Virus record (IMG/VR): IMGVR_UViG_3300048769_000079
Location: 1 to 55,549 of that record
Reading direction: 5' to 3' (one strand)
Source of the DNA: a virus
Lineage: Duplodnaviria; Caudoviricetes
Length of the DNA: 55,549 bases
Part shown: positions 19,730 to 27,734 of the stretch, piece by piece
How the letters are laid out: each line of letters opens with the position of its first letter
Position numbering within the stretch: the first letter of the stretch is position 1
Notes under the pieces: generated by a model
What the model saw: the letters and a program-made list of their open reading frames with translations, nothing else
Databases searched by the model: none
Told to the model about the DNA's origin: nothing
Translations under genes and position numbers: made by a program

Positions 19730-20116
19730 GTGTCATCACAAATTAGCTCAATGACTTTTGGGCTTCGGGAATCCGATCGAAAGTACATCGACCGCGTAGG
19801 CGTAGGATCTAACCCTTCGGAAAAATTACGATCCCTTTTCGACCGCTGGGCGGAGAAAACCGACGCGATTGCAGGTGAACCTTACGCAATTTTAATCTAT
19901 GAACAAAACGCTGATGGAGAAAAAACCTGGCATGACGCTGAGACTTTCGGAAAAAACTGGCGCAAGATTCCGGAAATAGCAACACGTAAAGGGTTTACAA
20001 GTCAGATTGTTGAAGACCAGGAAACCGGGACCGTCGAAGTCTGGGTTGCACCGGTAAAGAATAAAAAAGACTGTGCGGCGTGTCGGTCAAGGGTAATGGA
20101 GGTGCTGAATGGGTAA
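19730..20116 (+). CDS. Hypothetical protein, N-terminal RHH-like
   Basis: RBS AGGAG + GTG; MTFGLRE...NPSEKLR. Confidence 0.6.
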   Translation: MSSQISSMTFGLRESDRKYIDRVGVGSNPSEKLRSLFDRWAEKTDAIAGEPYAILIYEQNADGEKTWHDAETFGKNWRKIPEIATRKGFTSQIVEDQETGTVEVWVAPVKNKKDCAACRSRVMEVLNG

Positions 20117-20285
20117 AACCGTTTATGATAATCTTGCCGAACTTTTGGATGGTATTGACGTAGAATGCCAAGGCTGTTACGAAAACAAAGGGCACCACAG
20201 CGCCGAGGGGTTACACTGCCCAGTTGTAGATGAGGGTTTTAAATTAAATAAGACGCGGCAATTTACTGTGGAAGTATTTAAATAA
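20109..20285 (+). CDS. 58-aa CxxC-H-CP zinc-finger protein (not in ORF track)
   Basis: RBS GGAGG; MGKTVYDNLAELLDGIDVECQGCYENKGHHSAEGLHCPV...; stop overlaps the next ATG. Confidence 0.6.
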   Translation: MGKTVYDNLAELLDGIDVECQGCYENKGHHSAEGLHCPVVDEGFKLNKTRQFTVEVFK

Positions 20286-20824
20286 TGGAGCTAACAATTA
20301 AAAAGGTAAAAAGCATAGGTCCGTGCGCGGATGGGTTTGCGTGGTACATGAAAAATCCAGGTAGGACAGTAGAAAAAACCATAAAAACGCTTTTAGCAAG
20401 TGATGAATGTGAGAAATATAATTGGTCAAACTGGCTTTTAACTCACTTGTTTACAAAAGAGAAAAATATAAAATATGCTATTTTTGCCGCGAAAGAGGTT
20501 TTGTATCTTTTTGAGGCAAAATATCCTGATGATTCTCGTCCGAAGAAGGCAATCGAAGCTGCTGAAAAATATTTAATTACGGAGGGTGCGGATGCGGCGT
20601 GGGCTGCGGCGTGGGCTGCGGGAGCTGCGGCGGGGGATGCGGCGTGGGCTGCGTCGGGGGATGCGGCGAGGGCTACGGGGGCTGCGGCGTCGGGGGATGC
20701 GGCGTGGGCTGCGGGGGATGCGGCGTGGGCTGCGGGGGCTGCGGCGTCGGGGGATGCGGCGTGGGCTGCGGCGTCGGCTGGACTCTCTATTAAAATTATA
20801 AAGTATGGAATAACTTTGCTATGA
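20285..20824 (+). CDS. Ala/Trp-repeat (AAWAA) phage protein
   Basis: PDDSRPKKAIEAA followed by low-complexity GDAAWAA repeats (about 20587-20778). Confidence 0.75.
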   Translation: MELTIKKVKSIGPCADGFAWYMKNPGRTVEKTIKTLLASDECEKYNWSNWLLTHLFTKEKNIKYAIFAAKEVLYLFEAKYPDDSRPKKAIEAAEKYLITEGADAAWAAAWAAGAAAGDAAWAASGDAARATGAAASGDAAWAAGDAAWAAGAAASGDAAWAAASAGLSIKIIKYGITLL

Positions 20825-21537
20825 CAATATTCCATCGTTCTATCCTCGCGGGTGCAGCGCTTATTGGTAACACGGAGGACGATCCACAGATGCGTGTCGT
20901 TCTTTTAGAACCCTCCGGGGAAATCGTTGCTATAAATCGCTGGGCGGTTTATGTAGCATCCCCTCCGGCGCCGGAAATCGTCTCTAAACTACCGCTTAAA
21001 GATGATAGACTACCGTCTGCCGTTACTATCAGCAACGCTCAAATATCCGAACTCGTTAAAGCCATCCCCCCGGACCGGCAATTTAAAACGCTTTTAGAAC
21101 ATGTTACTATTACTCAAGGTAACGGCAACCTTTTAGATGCGGCGTTTAACAACGGTAAAGGCGTGCAAAGCGTTCGAATGCGTAGTACGCAGGGTAGCGC
21201 TGCATTATTAAATTGGCGTGACCGTTTAAAGGCTGTCGGGCCTTTAATCTCTTCCAGCGCTCCGAGTTTTGTTTACAACAGGCTACGGTTAAAAACCGTA
21301 AACCAAGCGCTGGAGGTAAGCTGTAAATACTCCGGGGAATTTGACGCGGTAACGCAGGCAATTTTTAAGAGCGGTTATATTTGGCGAGCGCAAAACGGGC
21401 AAACCGGGCAACGTATTGTCATTGCGTGGATAGCACAGATGGCGCAAACGCCGTTTGACTCTTGGGAAATTAACCTATTTACTAAACGGGGTGGTCCGTT
21501 GGAAAGGCCGTTATATGTCACAAAAACGAAAAACTAA
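20821..21537 (+). CDS. Hypothetical protein, possibly degenerate sliding-clamp fold
   Basis: Coupled ORF; VLLE..G.IVAINRW resembles the clamp VATDG motif. Confidence 0.45.
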   Translation: MTIFHRSILAGAALIGNTEDDPQMRVVLLEPSGEIVAINRWAVYVASPPAPEIVSKLPLKDDRLPSAVTISNAQISELVKAIPPDRQFKTLLEHVTITQGNGNLLDAAFNNGKGVQSVRMRSTQGSAALLNWRDRLKAVGPLISSSAPSFVYNRLRLKTVNQALEVSCKYSGEFDAVTQAIFKSGYIWRAQNGQTGQRIVIAWIAQMAQTPFDSWEINLFTKRGGPLERPLYVTKTKN

Positions 21538-21724
21538 TCGAAAACAAAGTCAAGTTTTCTCCCATCCATATGGCGGCGCGGATAAAGTCAAAACAACACC
21601 CTTTACGTCGTGCGTAAGCGGTGGGAAGGTATTTCGGTTAAGCGAGGAGACCGGCGTTTCGTCGATACGAGGTGCGGTACGCGGTAATGGTAAGGGTTTT
21701 AACTTTTATTAAAAGGAGACATCT

Positions 21725-21928
21725 ATGTCATGTTCAAAGGTTTGCAAAGGGTGTCGGGATCGTGATTGTGCGAGCGTAAAGACCATATATCTTTATCCGT
21801 TAAGTGAACTCGTAAGTTGTGTACGGGTTTCGGAAGAGGCTTCCTCGGATATTATTCGAGCAATTGATAGAAGTACAAGGCTTAAACCCGCTCGGTTTCA
21901 AATTAATGGGAAATGGGGGCGGGCATAA
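21725..21928 (+). CDS. Small Cys-containing hypothetical protein
   Basis: RBS AGGAG; CSKVCKGC..C. Confidence 0.55.
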   Translation: MSCSKVCKGCRDRDCASVKTIYLYPLSELVSCVRVSEEASSDIIRAIDRSTRLKPARFQINGKWGRA

Positions 21929-22407
21929 TGGAAAAGTGTCTTCATTGTGGATTGATAAAGTTGGAACATAGGGAAAGCGATGGTGCTTGTCCAGTATACG
22001 AGGCACCACAATATTCAACTGGTAATTTATTTCATACACAAAACGGTTTTCATAATGTAAATAAGTTTGTTGCTAATACTTCCCCCACCCCTATCCTTAA
22101 AATTGAAAAGTGTTTTCATTGCGGAACGGTTAAGGGGGAACATCGGGCGAGCGATAATGCTTGTCCAATAGTCGGCGACAGCGGCGTTTATAAAAAAAAT
22201 AGATTTCAGGATGTAAATAAGTTTTTTGCTATTCCCTCTTCCGTTGAAGGCTTTACTACCCCAATGCCCCGACGGACGTGGTTATGGCATCGGATAAATG
22301 AATTACTTACGGCAATAACACAATACGTTGAAACGGATAATTGTAAATCGTCAATAGATCATTGGATTGATGAGCTGAAGAAAAATATAGAAGAATGGAA
22401 TGTATAA
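21928..22407 (+). CDS. Protein with duplicated CxxC-H-CP zinc-finger module
   Basis: EKCLHCG..K.EHR.SD.ACP occurs twice, each followed by F..VNKF. Confidence 0.7.
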   Translation: MEKCLHCGLIKLEHRESDGACPVYEAPQYSTGNLFHTQNGFHNVNKFVANTSPTPILKIEKCFHCGTVKGEHRASDNACPIVGDSGVYKKNRFQDVNKFFAIPSSVEGFTTPMPRRTWLWHRINELLTAITQYVETDNCKSSIDHWIDELKKNIEEWNV

Positions 22408-22519
22408 TGGCGGGCACCGGCACAACCGAGAGGCATCTCACCTGTGCACGATGGCCGCAAGTACATGCTGTGGGTAATATATTGGCTTTGCAAGCCGAAA
22501 ACCAAGAAAGAAGGAAAAA

Positions 22520-22900
22520 ATGCATCTATTATACTCTGGCGAATGTCGACAGTGTGTGTGCGGTATCAAAACGAACATGAAGGACCTGCGCGGCAAAGAA
22601 TTGTTTACTGGCGACATAGTTCTTACTTTCACTAAGGGCTATTCGGCAGACGGATTGACAGCAGTGGTTTCAGACCAGTTTACAAGCTGTTCTGACGGAA
22701 CACACGTTGAGCATGAATCGCATTCGCCGTTCGTTATGGGTATAAAAAACGTTAATCTTGATGAGGGCGAATGGATGATTATGAAAGTAAAAGATTGGTC
22801 GGATTGTATTGATGGTGAACATTGGAAAGATTTCGGATTCAAATACAAAAACGAAGACGCGCCGCAGAACACTAAGGAAGCGGTGGAGAACATCGCCTAA
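22520..22900 (+). CDS. Cassette A gene, YopX-like motif
   Basis: DLRGKELFTGDIV; stop codon lies inside the attC R'' box. Confidence 0.65.
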   Translation: MHLLYSGECRQCVCGIKTNMKDLRGKELFTGDIVLTFTKGYSADGLTAVVSDQFTSCSDGTHVEHESHSPFVMGIKNVNLDEGEWMIMKVKDWSDCIDGEHWKDFGFKYKNEDAPQNTKEAVENIA

Positions 22901-22967
22901 CAAATGCATGGCGGGGAGTACCCCCAAATGCGGAGTACCGCACTTCGCCATGCATCGGACGTTGGTT
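22895..22967 (+). mobile_element. attC-like recombination site
   Basis: GCCTAAC...ATGCATGGCG/CGCCATGCAT stem...GTTGGTT; 73 bp. Confidence 0.7.
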
Positions 22968-23042
22968 GCAATTAATCGCGCTCTGAAAATTATAGCCGGG
23001 GCGCAAAGACAACGCGGCATCGTGCCGCGAAGAAAAGAAAAA

Positions 23043-23978
23043 ATGAAATTTATCTCACTGTTTGCCGGTATCGGGGGTTTTGATTTAGGGCTTGAACGCG
23101 CCGGAATGCAGTGTGTCGGCCAGGTCGAGATAAATCCTTTTTGCCAGCGCGTTCTTGCGCACCACTGGCCGCAAGTCAAACGAATTGGAGATATACGAAA
23201 TGTCAACGGAACAGAGTTCGGAGCAGTTGACCTTATTTGTGGAGGGGTTCCATGCCAGCCTGCCAGCAACGCCGGGAAGAGAATGGGAACACAAGATGAT
23301 CGTTGGCTCTGGCCAGAGGCTTTTCGAGTTGTACGGTCTATCAAGCCGCGTTGGTGCGTGTTTGAAAATGTGCGTGGAATTATTACTCTCGAACAAGGTT
23401 TGGTTTTCGAGTCGTTGCTTTCTGAATTGGAAGATATTGGTTACGAAGTCGAAGCGTTCGTTATTCCAGCTTGCGCCGTCGACGCGCAGCACCGAAGGGA
23501 TCGGGTCTGGATTGTGGCAAACTCCAAGCGTGGAGGATGCGGGGCGCAAGGGGAGCGCAGAAGCCTGGATGGAATATCAGAACAACCACAGAACTACGCA
23601 ATGCCGATTAAGGAATCAAATTCAAATGTTCCCGACTCCAACCGTTCAGGATTCGGAGAAGGACGGTGGCCCGAGTCAATACAAAAGGAACAGTATCCCG
23701 CTGAACGCATTAGTAAAGGATCAAGGGCAAACTGGGAGCCTGAACCCGGATTGGGTAGAGTGGCTAATGGGGTTCCCGGTCGGGTGGACAGGTTGTGGAG
23801 TCTCGGAAACGCAGTCGTCCCGCAAGTCGTTGAAGTTATAGGAAGAGCAATCCTAAGAGCGCACATCGTGTGCGCGGAATGCGCCCCGGAGAACACTTCG
23901 GAAGCGCGATTAACAGCAACTAACAGCCGCGTTACGCAAGGGGCTAAAGCCCACATTGCCGAAGCGGCAACGTCGTAA
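23043..23978 (+). CDS. C5 cytosine methyltransferase, alpha polypeptide (cassette B)
   Basis: SLFAGIGG, GDI, GGVPCQ, ENV, HRRDRVW, LGNAV; motif IX absent. Confidence 0.9.
   Translation: MKFISLFAGIGGFDLGLERAGMQCVGQVEINPFCQRVLAHHWPQVKRIGDIRNVNGTEFGAVDLICGGVPCQPASNAGKRMGTQDDRWLWPEAFRVVRSIKPRWCVFENVRGIITLEQGLVFESLLSELEDIGYEVEAFVIPACAVDAQHRRDRVWIVANSKRGGCGAQGERRSLDGISEQPQNYAMPIKESNSNVPDSNRSGFGEGRWPESIQKEQYPAERISKGSRANWEPEPGLGRVANGVPGRVDRLWSLGNAVVPQVVEVIGRAILRAHIVCAECAPENTSEARLTATNSRVTQGAKAHIAEAATS
23200..23841 (+). CDS. C5 methyltransferase beta polypeptide nested in the +1 frame
   Basis: RBS GGAG at 23187; WQTP/FPTP repeats and LNPDWVEWLMGFP (motif IX), as in M.EcoHK31I-type enzymes. Confidence 0.8.
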   Translation: MSTEQSSEQLTLFVEGFHASLPATPGREWEHKMIVGSGQRLFELYGLSSRVGACLKMCVELLLSNKVWFSSRCFLNWKILVTKSKRSLFQLAPSTRSTEGIGSGLWQTPSVEDAGRKGSAEAWMEYQNNHRTTQCRLRNQIQMFPTPTVQDSEKDGGPSQYKRNSIPLNALVKDQGQTGSLNPDWVEWLMGFPVGWTGCGVSETQSSRKSLKL

Positions 23979-23995
23979 CACGGCGAACGTTAGTG
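23918..23995 (+). mobile_element. attC-like recombination site
   Basis: AACTAAC...GCCGCGTTACG/CGTAACACGGC...GTTAGTG; 78 bp. Confidence 0.7.
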
Positions 23996-24032
23996 TAAAT
24001 GCCTTGCGCTTTTAAAATTGAAAGGCTGCGCG

Positions 24033-24233
24033 ATGAAAAAAGGAAAATATAGCGGGCAAGTAAACAATGGTTGTCGCATTGTAGAAATTGATTGCTGTGC
24101 TGATTGTTGCTCATGTACTGAAGTGGCTGAGCTTAACGGGGAATATTATTGTCAAAAGCTTTTAGAGTCAATACCAAAAATGTTTGTGTCCTATGACTTT
24201 CTGGATGATTGCCCGCTCCCAAACGCGCACTAA
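24033..24233 (+). CDS. Cassette C gene, small Cys-rich protein
   Basis: CCADC...YC...CPL; stop codon lies inside the next R'' box. Confidence 0.6.
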   Translation: MKKGKYSGQVNNGCRIVEIDCCADCCSCTEVAELNGEYYCQKLLESIPKMFVSYDFLDDCPLPNAH

Positions 24234-24347
24234 CAGCGCTATGGTGCCATGCCATTCGTGGGAGTGTGCTGGTTATAACTGTTGGATTATTAAAGGTCGC
24301 TATTGTAAAGATAAGCCGTGTCTCGTTATGGCACGTACACGTTGTAC
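24228..24347 (+). mobile_element. Degenerate attC-like site
   Basis: CACTAAC...GTGCCAT/ATGGCAC...GTTGTAC; right arm partly missing. Confidence 0.5.
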
Positions 24348-24487
24348 GCAATAAATTTTTCTCTGGAGGTTATAGGTGGCCGCAATTAAGAGTGTTTCTA
24401 CAACAGATTCAATAGCAAACATTAAACCTTGTGTGTCCGGTTTTGTAAAACAACGATAATATTGTACTTCACCAAAGGAAGATTAAA

Positions 24488-24646
24488 ATGGTAAAAGTTT
24501 TTATAACTATTCTGATTACTATAATGGTATTGACCCTTATGGTTGGTGCCTGGCAAGTTGAACGGCGCTGGAACTATACCATATCCTATCGGCAAATGGT
24601 TGAAGAAACCGTCCGAGACATGGTGAAACAGGAGTCGTTAAAATGA
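24488..24646 (+). CDS. 52-aa single-TM protein (not in ORF track)
   Basis: MVKVFITILITIMVLTLMVGAWQVERRWNY...; RBS AGGA. Confidence 0.6.
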   Translation: MVKVFITILITIMVLTLMVGAWQVERRWNYTISYRQMVEETVRDMVKQESLK

Positions 24647-24804
24647 TGAAAAATCCTTTACTTTTAGTAATATTTTTACTACTTTATGTATGCTGCTATT
24701 GGCTACTTCCGTGGTCCTTCGGAGGGTTGAGGGCAGTTTTTTGGACCCACGGCGTCATGGTTGCGGGCGTCATCGTTGCCGCTTTCTTCGTTAAAATTAC
24801 TTAA
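24643..24804 (+). CDS. 53-aa two-TM protein (not in ORF track)
   Basis: RBS AGGAG, ATGA overlap, two hydrophobic segments. Confidence 0.55.
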   Translation: MMKNPLLLVIFLLLYVCCYWLLPWSFGGLRAVFWTHGVMVAGVIVAAFFVKIT

Positions 24805-24879
24805 TTTTTATTTAATATTTTGAAAAGAACCCGAAAAACCCGATTTTTACGGTTTTCGTTAAAAATGAAAACCCTTTAA

Positions 24880-25090
24880 AATCAATGACTTAACCTATAC
24901 GAAAAACGATAAAAAAATTAAGTCCTTGATTTTAAATGAGTTACGGTACTATATATATACTAATTCTATATTTATAATTATATTTATTTAATTATTATTA
25001 TATGACTTTAAGTTATATAGGGGCGTAAGTCATTGATTTATAAGGACTTTTTTTAAAAGGGCCGTTTTTATAGGGGCTAACTTATTGATT
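24880..25090. promoter_or_regulatory. Four IHF-consensus sites in AT-rich region upstream of terminase (candidate cos/pac or origin)
   Basis: WATCAANNNNTTR at 24880 (+), 24919, 25026 and 25078 (-). Confidence 0.6.
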
Positions 25091-25264
25091 TATAACAAGT
25101 TAGCTCTTTTATTTACAAATAAGAAAAATTTTAGCGTATTTTGTAAAGGATGCTTTACCTAACGGTAAAAGCGCTTTTTGTAAAGCGATTATAAAAATAT
25201 TTTTATAAAATTCTTATAAAATTTTTTTATAGTCTCTTTTTGCTTTTTATAATATATTTAAGGC

Positions 25265-25480
25265 ATGAAACAAACGGCGAAAAAACGCGGTACCACTTTG
25301 ACAGTCAATGATTTGATAGCCGACGACACAAATGCCAACGACGGAACGCTTCGCGGTCAAGATCTCGTTTGTAAATCATTGCAGCGCTTCGGTACTGGCC
25401 GATCAATCCTCGTTGATAAAAACAATCGAATAATAGCCGGAAATAAAACCACGGTACACAAGCAGGAAAGGAGCAAATGA
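25265..25480 (+). pseudogene. Truncated ParB-N-like gene
   Basis: SLQRFGTGRSILVDKNNRIIAGNKT, then ends abruptly. Confidence 0.55.
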
Positions 25481-25509
25481 AATGATTTACGAAAAAAGCG
25501 GAGGCGGAG

Positions 25510-26055
25510 GTGGCGGTGGAAGTTCAAAAGGTGGTAAAGGTGGAAGTTCAAAAGGTGGAAAAGGCGGCGCTCGTGGCGGACGTAGATAATAAGCCGTACA
25601 AGATAGGGAAAGGTAAACCGCCATTAGAGTATACATGGCGCAAAGGTCAACCGCATCCGCGCGGCGGACACAAAAAGGGACAAAAGAATATTGTCCAACG
25701 TGTCCGCCGTACTATTGCCAAACAGCTCGAAGAAAATGGAAATTTTGAAGCGCCGGAAGTGATTAAAAAACTAATTGGAGAGTTTTTTAAAGACGTTGAC
25801 ATAAATAAATTATCTTCCGACGATGCAACATGGATACGCGTTCGAATTGCAGCGTTAAATGGCGAACAGTGGGCGGCTTCTTTTATTGCAGACCGCTTAG
25901 AAGGTATGGCCCGACAACGAGTTGAACTTTCATTTACCGACTTAAAAGAAGCAGCAGACGAGGTTGGAAAAATAATAGTTGAATTTGTTCCGGCAAATAA
26001 AGTTGACGAATGCTTGTTAAAACTAAACGCGGTATTGGCAAAGGCAAATGGATGA
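25510..26055 (+). CDS. terS: Terminase small subunit (DUF5681-like)
   Basis: YKIGKGKPP...KGQ motif, DRLEG, upstream of TerL. Confidence 0.7.
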   Translation: MAVEVQKVVKVEVQKVEKAALVADVDNKPYKIGKGKPPLEYTWRKGQPHPRGGHKKGQKNIVQRVRRTIAKQLEENGNFEAPEVIKKLIGEFFKDVDINKLSSDDATWIRVRIAALNGEQWAASFIADRLEGMARQRVELSFTDLKEAADEVGKIIVEFVPANKVDECLLKLNAVLAKANG

Positions 26056-27523
26056 AAAACTTACACGAGCGAACTTCGGTTCAACGTTATTTGATCTTAT
26101 TGTCAGTACGGTTAAGCCTTCCGCGTCCATATCTGAAGCATACACAAAAAAATATTATAACGACCCGCTTGCGTGGGTTTTAGATTTTGTAAACGTAGAC
26201 TTGTCATTATACCACCGAGAGGCTTTTGAGATGATCCGAGACGGTAATCACAAAATAGCAATGCACGGGCCGCATGGACTTGGAAAAACAGTCTTTGCGG
26301 CCATTGCTATTTTATGGGCGGGCGCGGTCTCGGCGGATTGCAAAATCATTACCACTGCGTCGGCCTGGCGACAATTAGAAAACTACCTTTGGCCGGAAAT
26401 CCACAAATGGTACTCCAAAGTAAACTGGACTGCCGTCGAGATGGCTGGTGGTTGTAAAGTTCCTCGTTTACTTACGCTCGAATGCAACTTCAGCGAACAG
26501 TCGAAGGCATTTGCCGTCGCGTCGGATCGACCGGAGAGTATCGAAGGCGGTCACGCGGTGCGCGTCGTTTACGTCTTCGACGAAGCGAAGGCTATACCGA
26601 ACGCAATTTGGGAAAGTGCCGAAGGGGCCTTTAGTACGCCTGGAGATCATTTACAGATCGCGCTTTCTACCCCCGGCGACACGTCGGGCGTCTTTTATAA
26701 TATTTGCGCGCACCGTAACGGTTATGAGAAGTGGAAAGTCAAACATGTTACTTTACGTGAGGCAATTCGCGCGGGTCGCGTTACCCTAACCTGGGCGCGG
26801 GAAAAGCGCGCCGCTTGGGGAAAGGATTCCGCCGCATACCAGAATCGCGTATGGGGAATTTTTGCCACGGACGCACCCGACGTAGTTATCCCCCTCGCCT
26901 GGGTAGAGCGTGCCGTATCACGGTGGTACGATTGGAAAGATAAAGGCGCAGTACTCGCCGGACCCTATGTTATCGGAGCGGATACCGCCGGACAGGGTGT
27001 TGACAAGACGGTTTTTGCCCACCGTTATGGGAATGTACTTACGCGCTTAGAGCGTTTTGGAAAATCACGGCCTATGGAACTTGCCGGAAAGCTTAAAGCG
27101 GCTCTTGGAATGGTAGGGGAAGTTAACATTGACACGTCATTCGGTGAAGGCGTAGGCACGGCAGACCGCCTTAAAGAAGACGACGCGTTAAAGGCCCGCG
27201 TCCACGAAATACAGTTCGGGACGCGAACGGACATTACCGATCGGACGGGGCAAATTGTTTTCAAAAACACCCGCGCTTTACTTATTTGGAGCATGCGCGA
27301 AATGCTTGACCCTGACAACAAAGAAGACATCGCTTTACCGGATGACGAAAACCTAATAGGTGACTTGACCGCCATTCACCGCTTACCTCTCTCCAGTGAC
27401 GGGAAGCTGGCAATCGAAAGCAAGGACGATATCAAGGCGCGTATAGGCCGTTCGCCGGACGACGGGGATGCGTGTTGTTTGGCGTTTTTTAGGGCACCCA
27501 TTCACGATTTACAGATTTTTTAA
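26048..27523 (+). CDS. terL: Terminase large subunit
   Basis: HGLGKT, VFDEA, STPG, GADTA, RSPDDGDA. Confidence 0.95.
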   Translation: MDEKLTRANFGSTLFDLIVSTVKPSASISEAYTKKYYNDPLAWVLDFVNVDLSLYHREAFEMIRDGNHKIAMHGPHGLGKTVFAAIAILWAGAVSADCKIITTASAWRQLENYLWPEIHKWYSKVNWTAVEMAGGCKVPRLLTLECNFSEQSKAFAVASDRPESIEGGHAVRVVYVFDEAKAIPNAIWESAEGAFSTPGDHLQIALSTPGDTSGVFYNICAHRNGYEKWKVKHVTLREAIRAGRVTLTWAREKRAAWGKDSAAYQNRVWGIFATDAPDVVIPLAWVERAVSRWYDWKDKGAVLAGPYVIGADTAGQGVDKTVFAHRYGNVLTRLERFGKSRPMELAGKLKAALGMVGEVNIDTSFGEGVGTADRLKEDDALKARVHEIQFGTRTDITDRTGQIVFKNTRALLIWSMREMLDPDNKEDIALPDDENLIGDLTAIHRLPLSSDGKLAIESKDDIKARIGRSPDDGDACCLAFFRAPIHDLQIF

Positions 27524-27524
27524 A

Positions 27525-27734
27525 ATGAGCGACGAAACAACTTTTCTTGAGGATATTTTAGAGGGGATTGATTTTACTTATGACGCTATACAAACGGAAC
27601 CGGCACATGTACGTGACGGAAATCTCGCCGCTCGACAACGCGCCGCCAAGCTTCGAGCTCGATATGACTCTACTGGGGTTTTTGATGGGGGTAATTTTAT
27701 CGGTTCTTCTAAAATGGTGATCAATGAACTTTAA
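27525..27734 (+). CDS. Hypothetical protein
   Basis: Fills the TerL-portal gap with coupled start and stop. Confidence 0.45.
   Translation: MSDETTFLEDILEGIDFTYDAIQTEPAHVRDGNLAARQRAAKLRARYDSTGVFDGGNFIGSSKMVINEL

Noticed and set aside
20443-20835. Gly/Cys-rich, Arg-rich and antisense ORFs over the AAWAA repeat
   Set aside because: Shadow frames of low-complexity GC-rich DNA.
22809-23042. N-terminal extension of the methyltransferase ORF in the track
   Set aside because: It crosses the upstream gene and the attC site; motif I starts right after ATG 23043.
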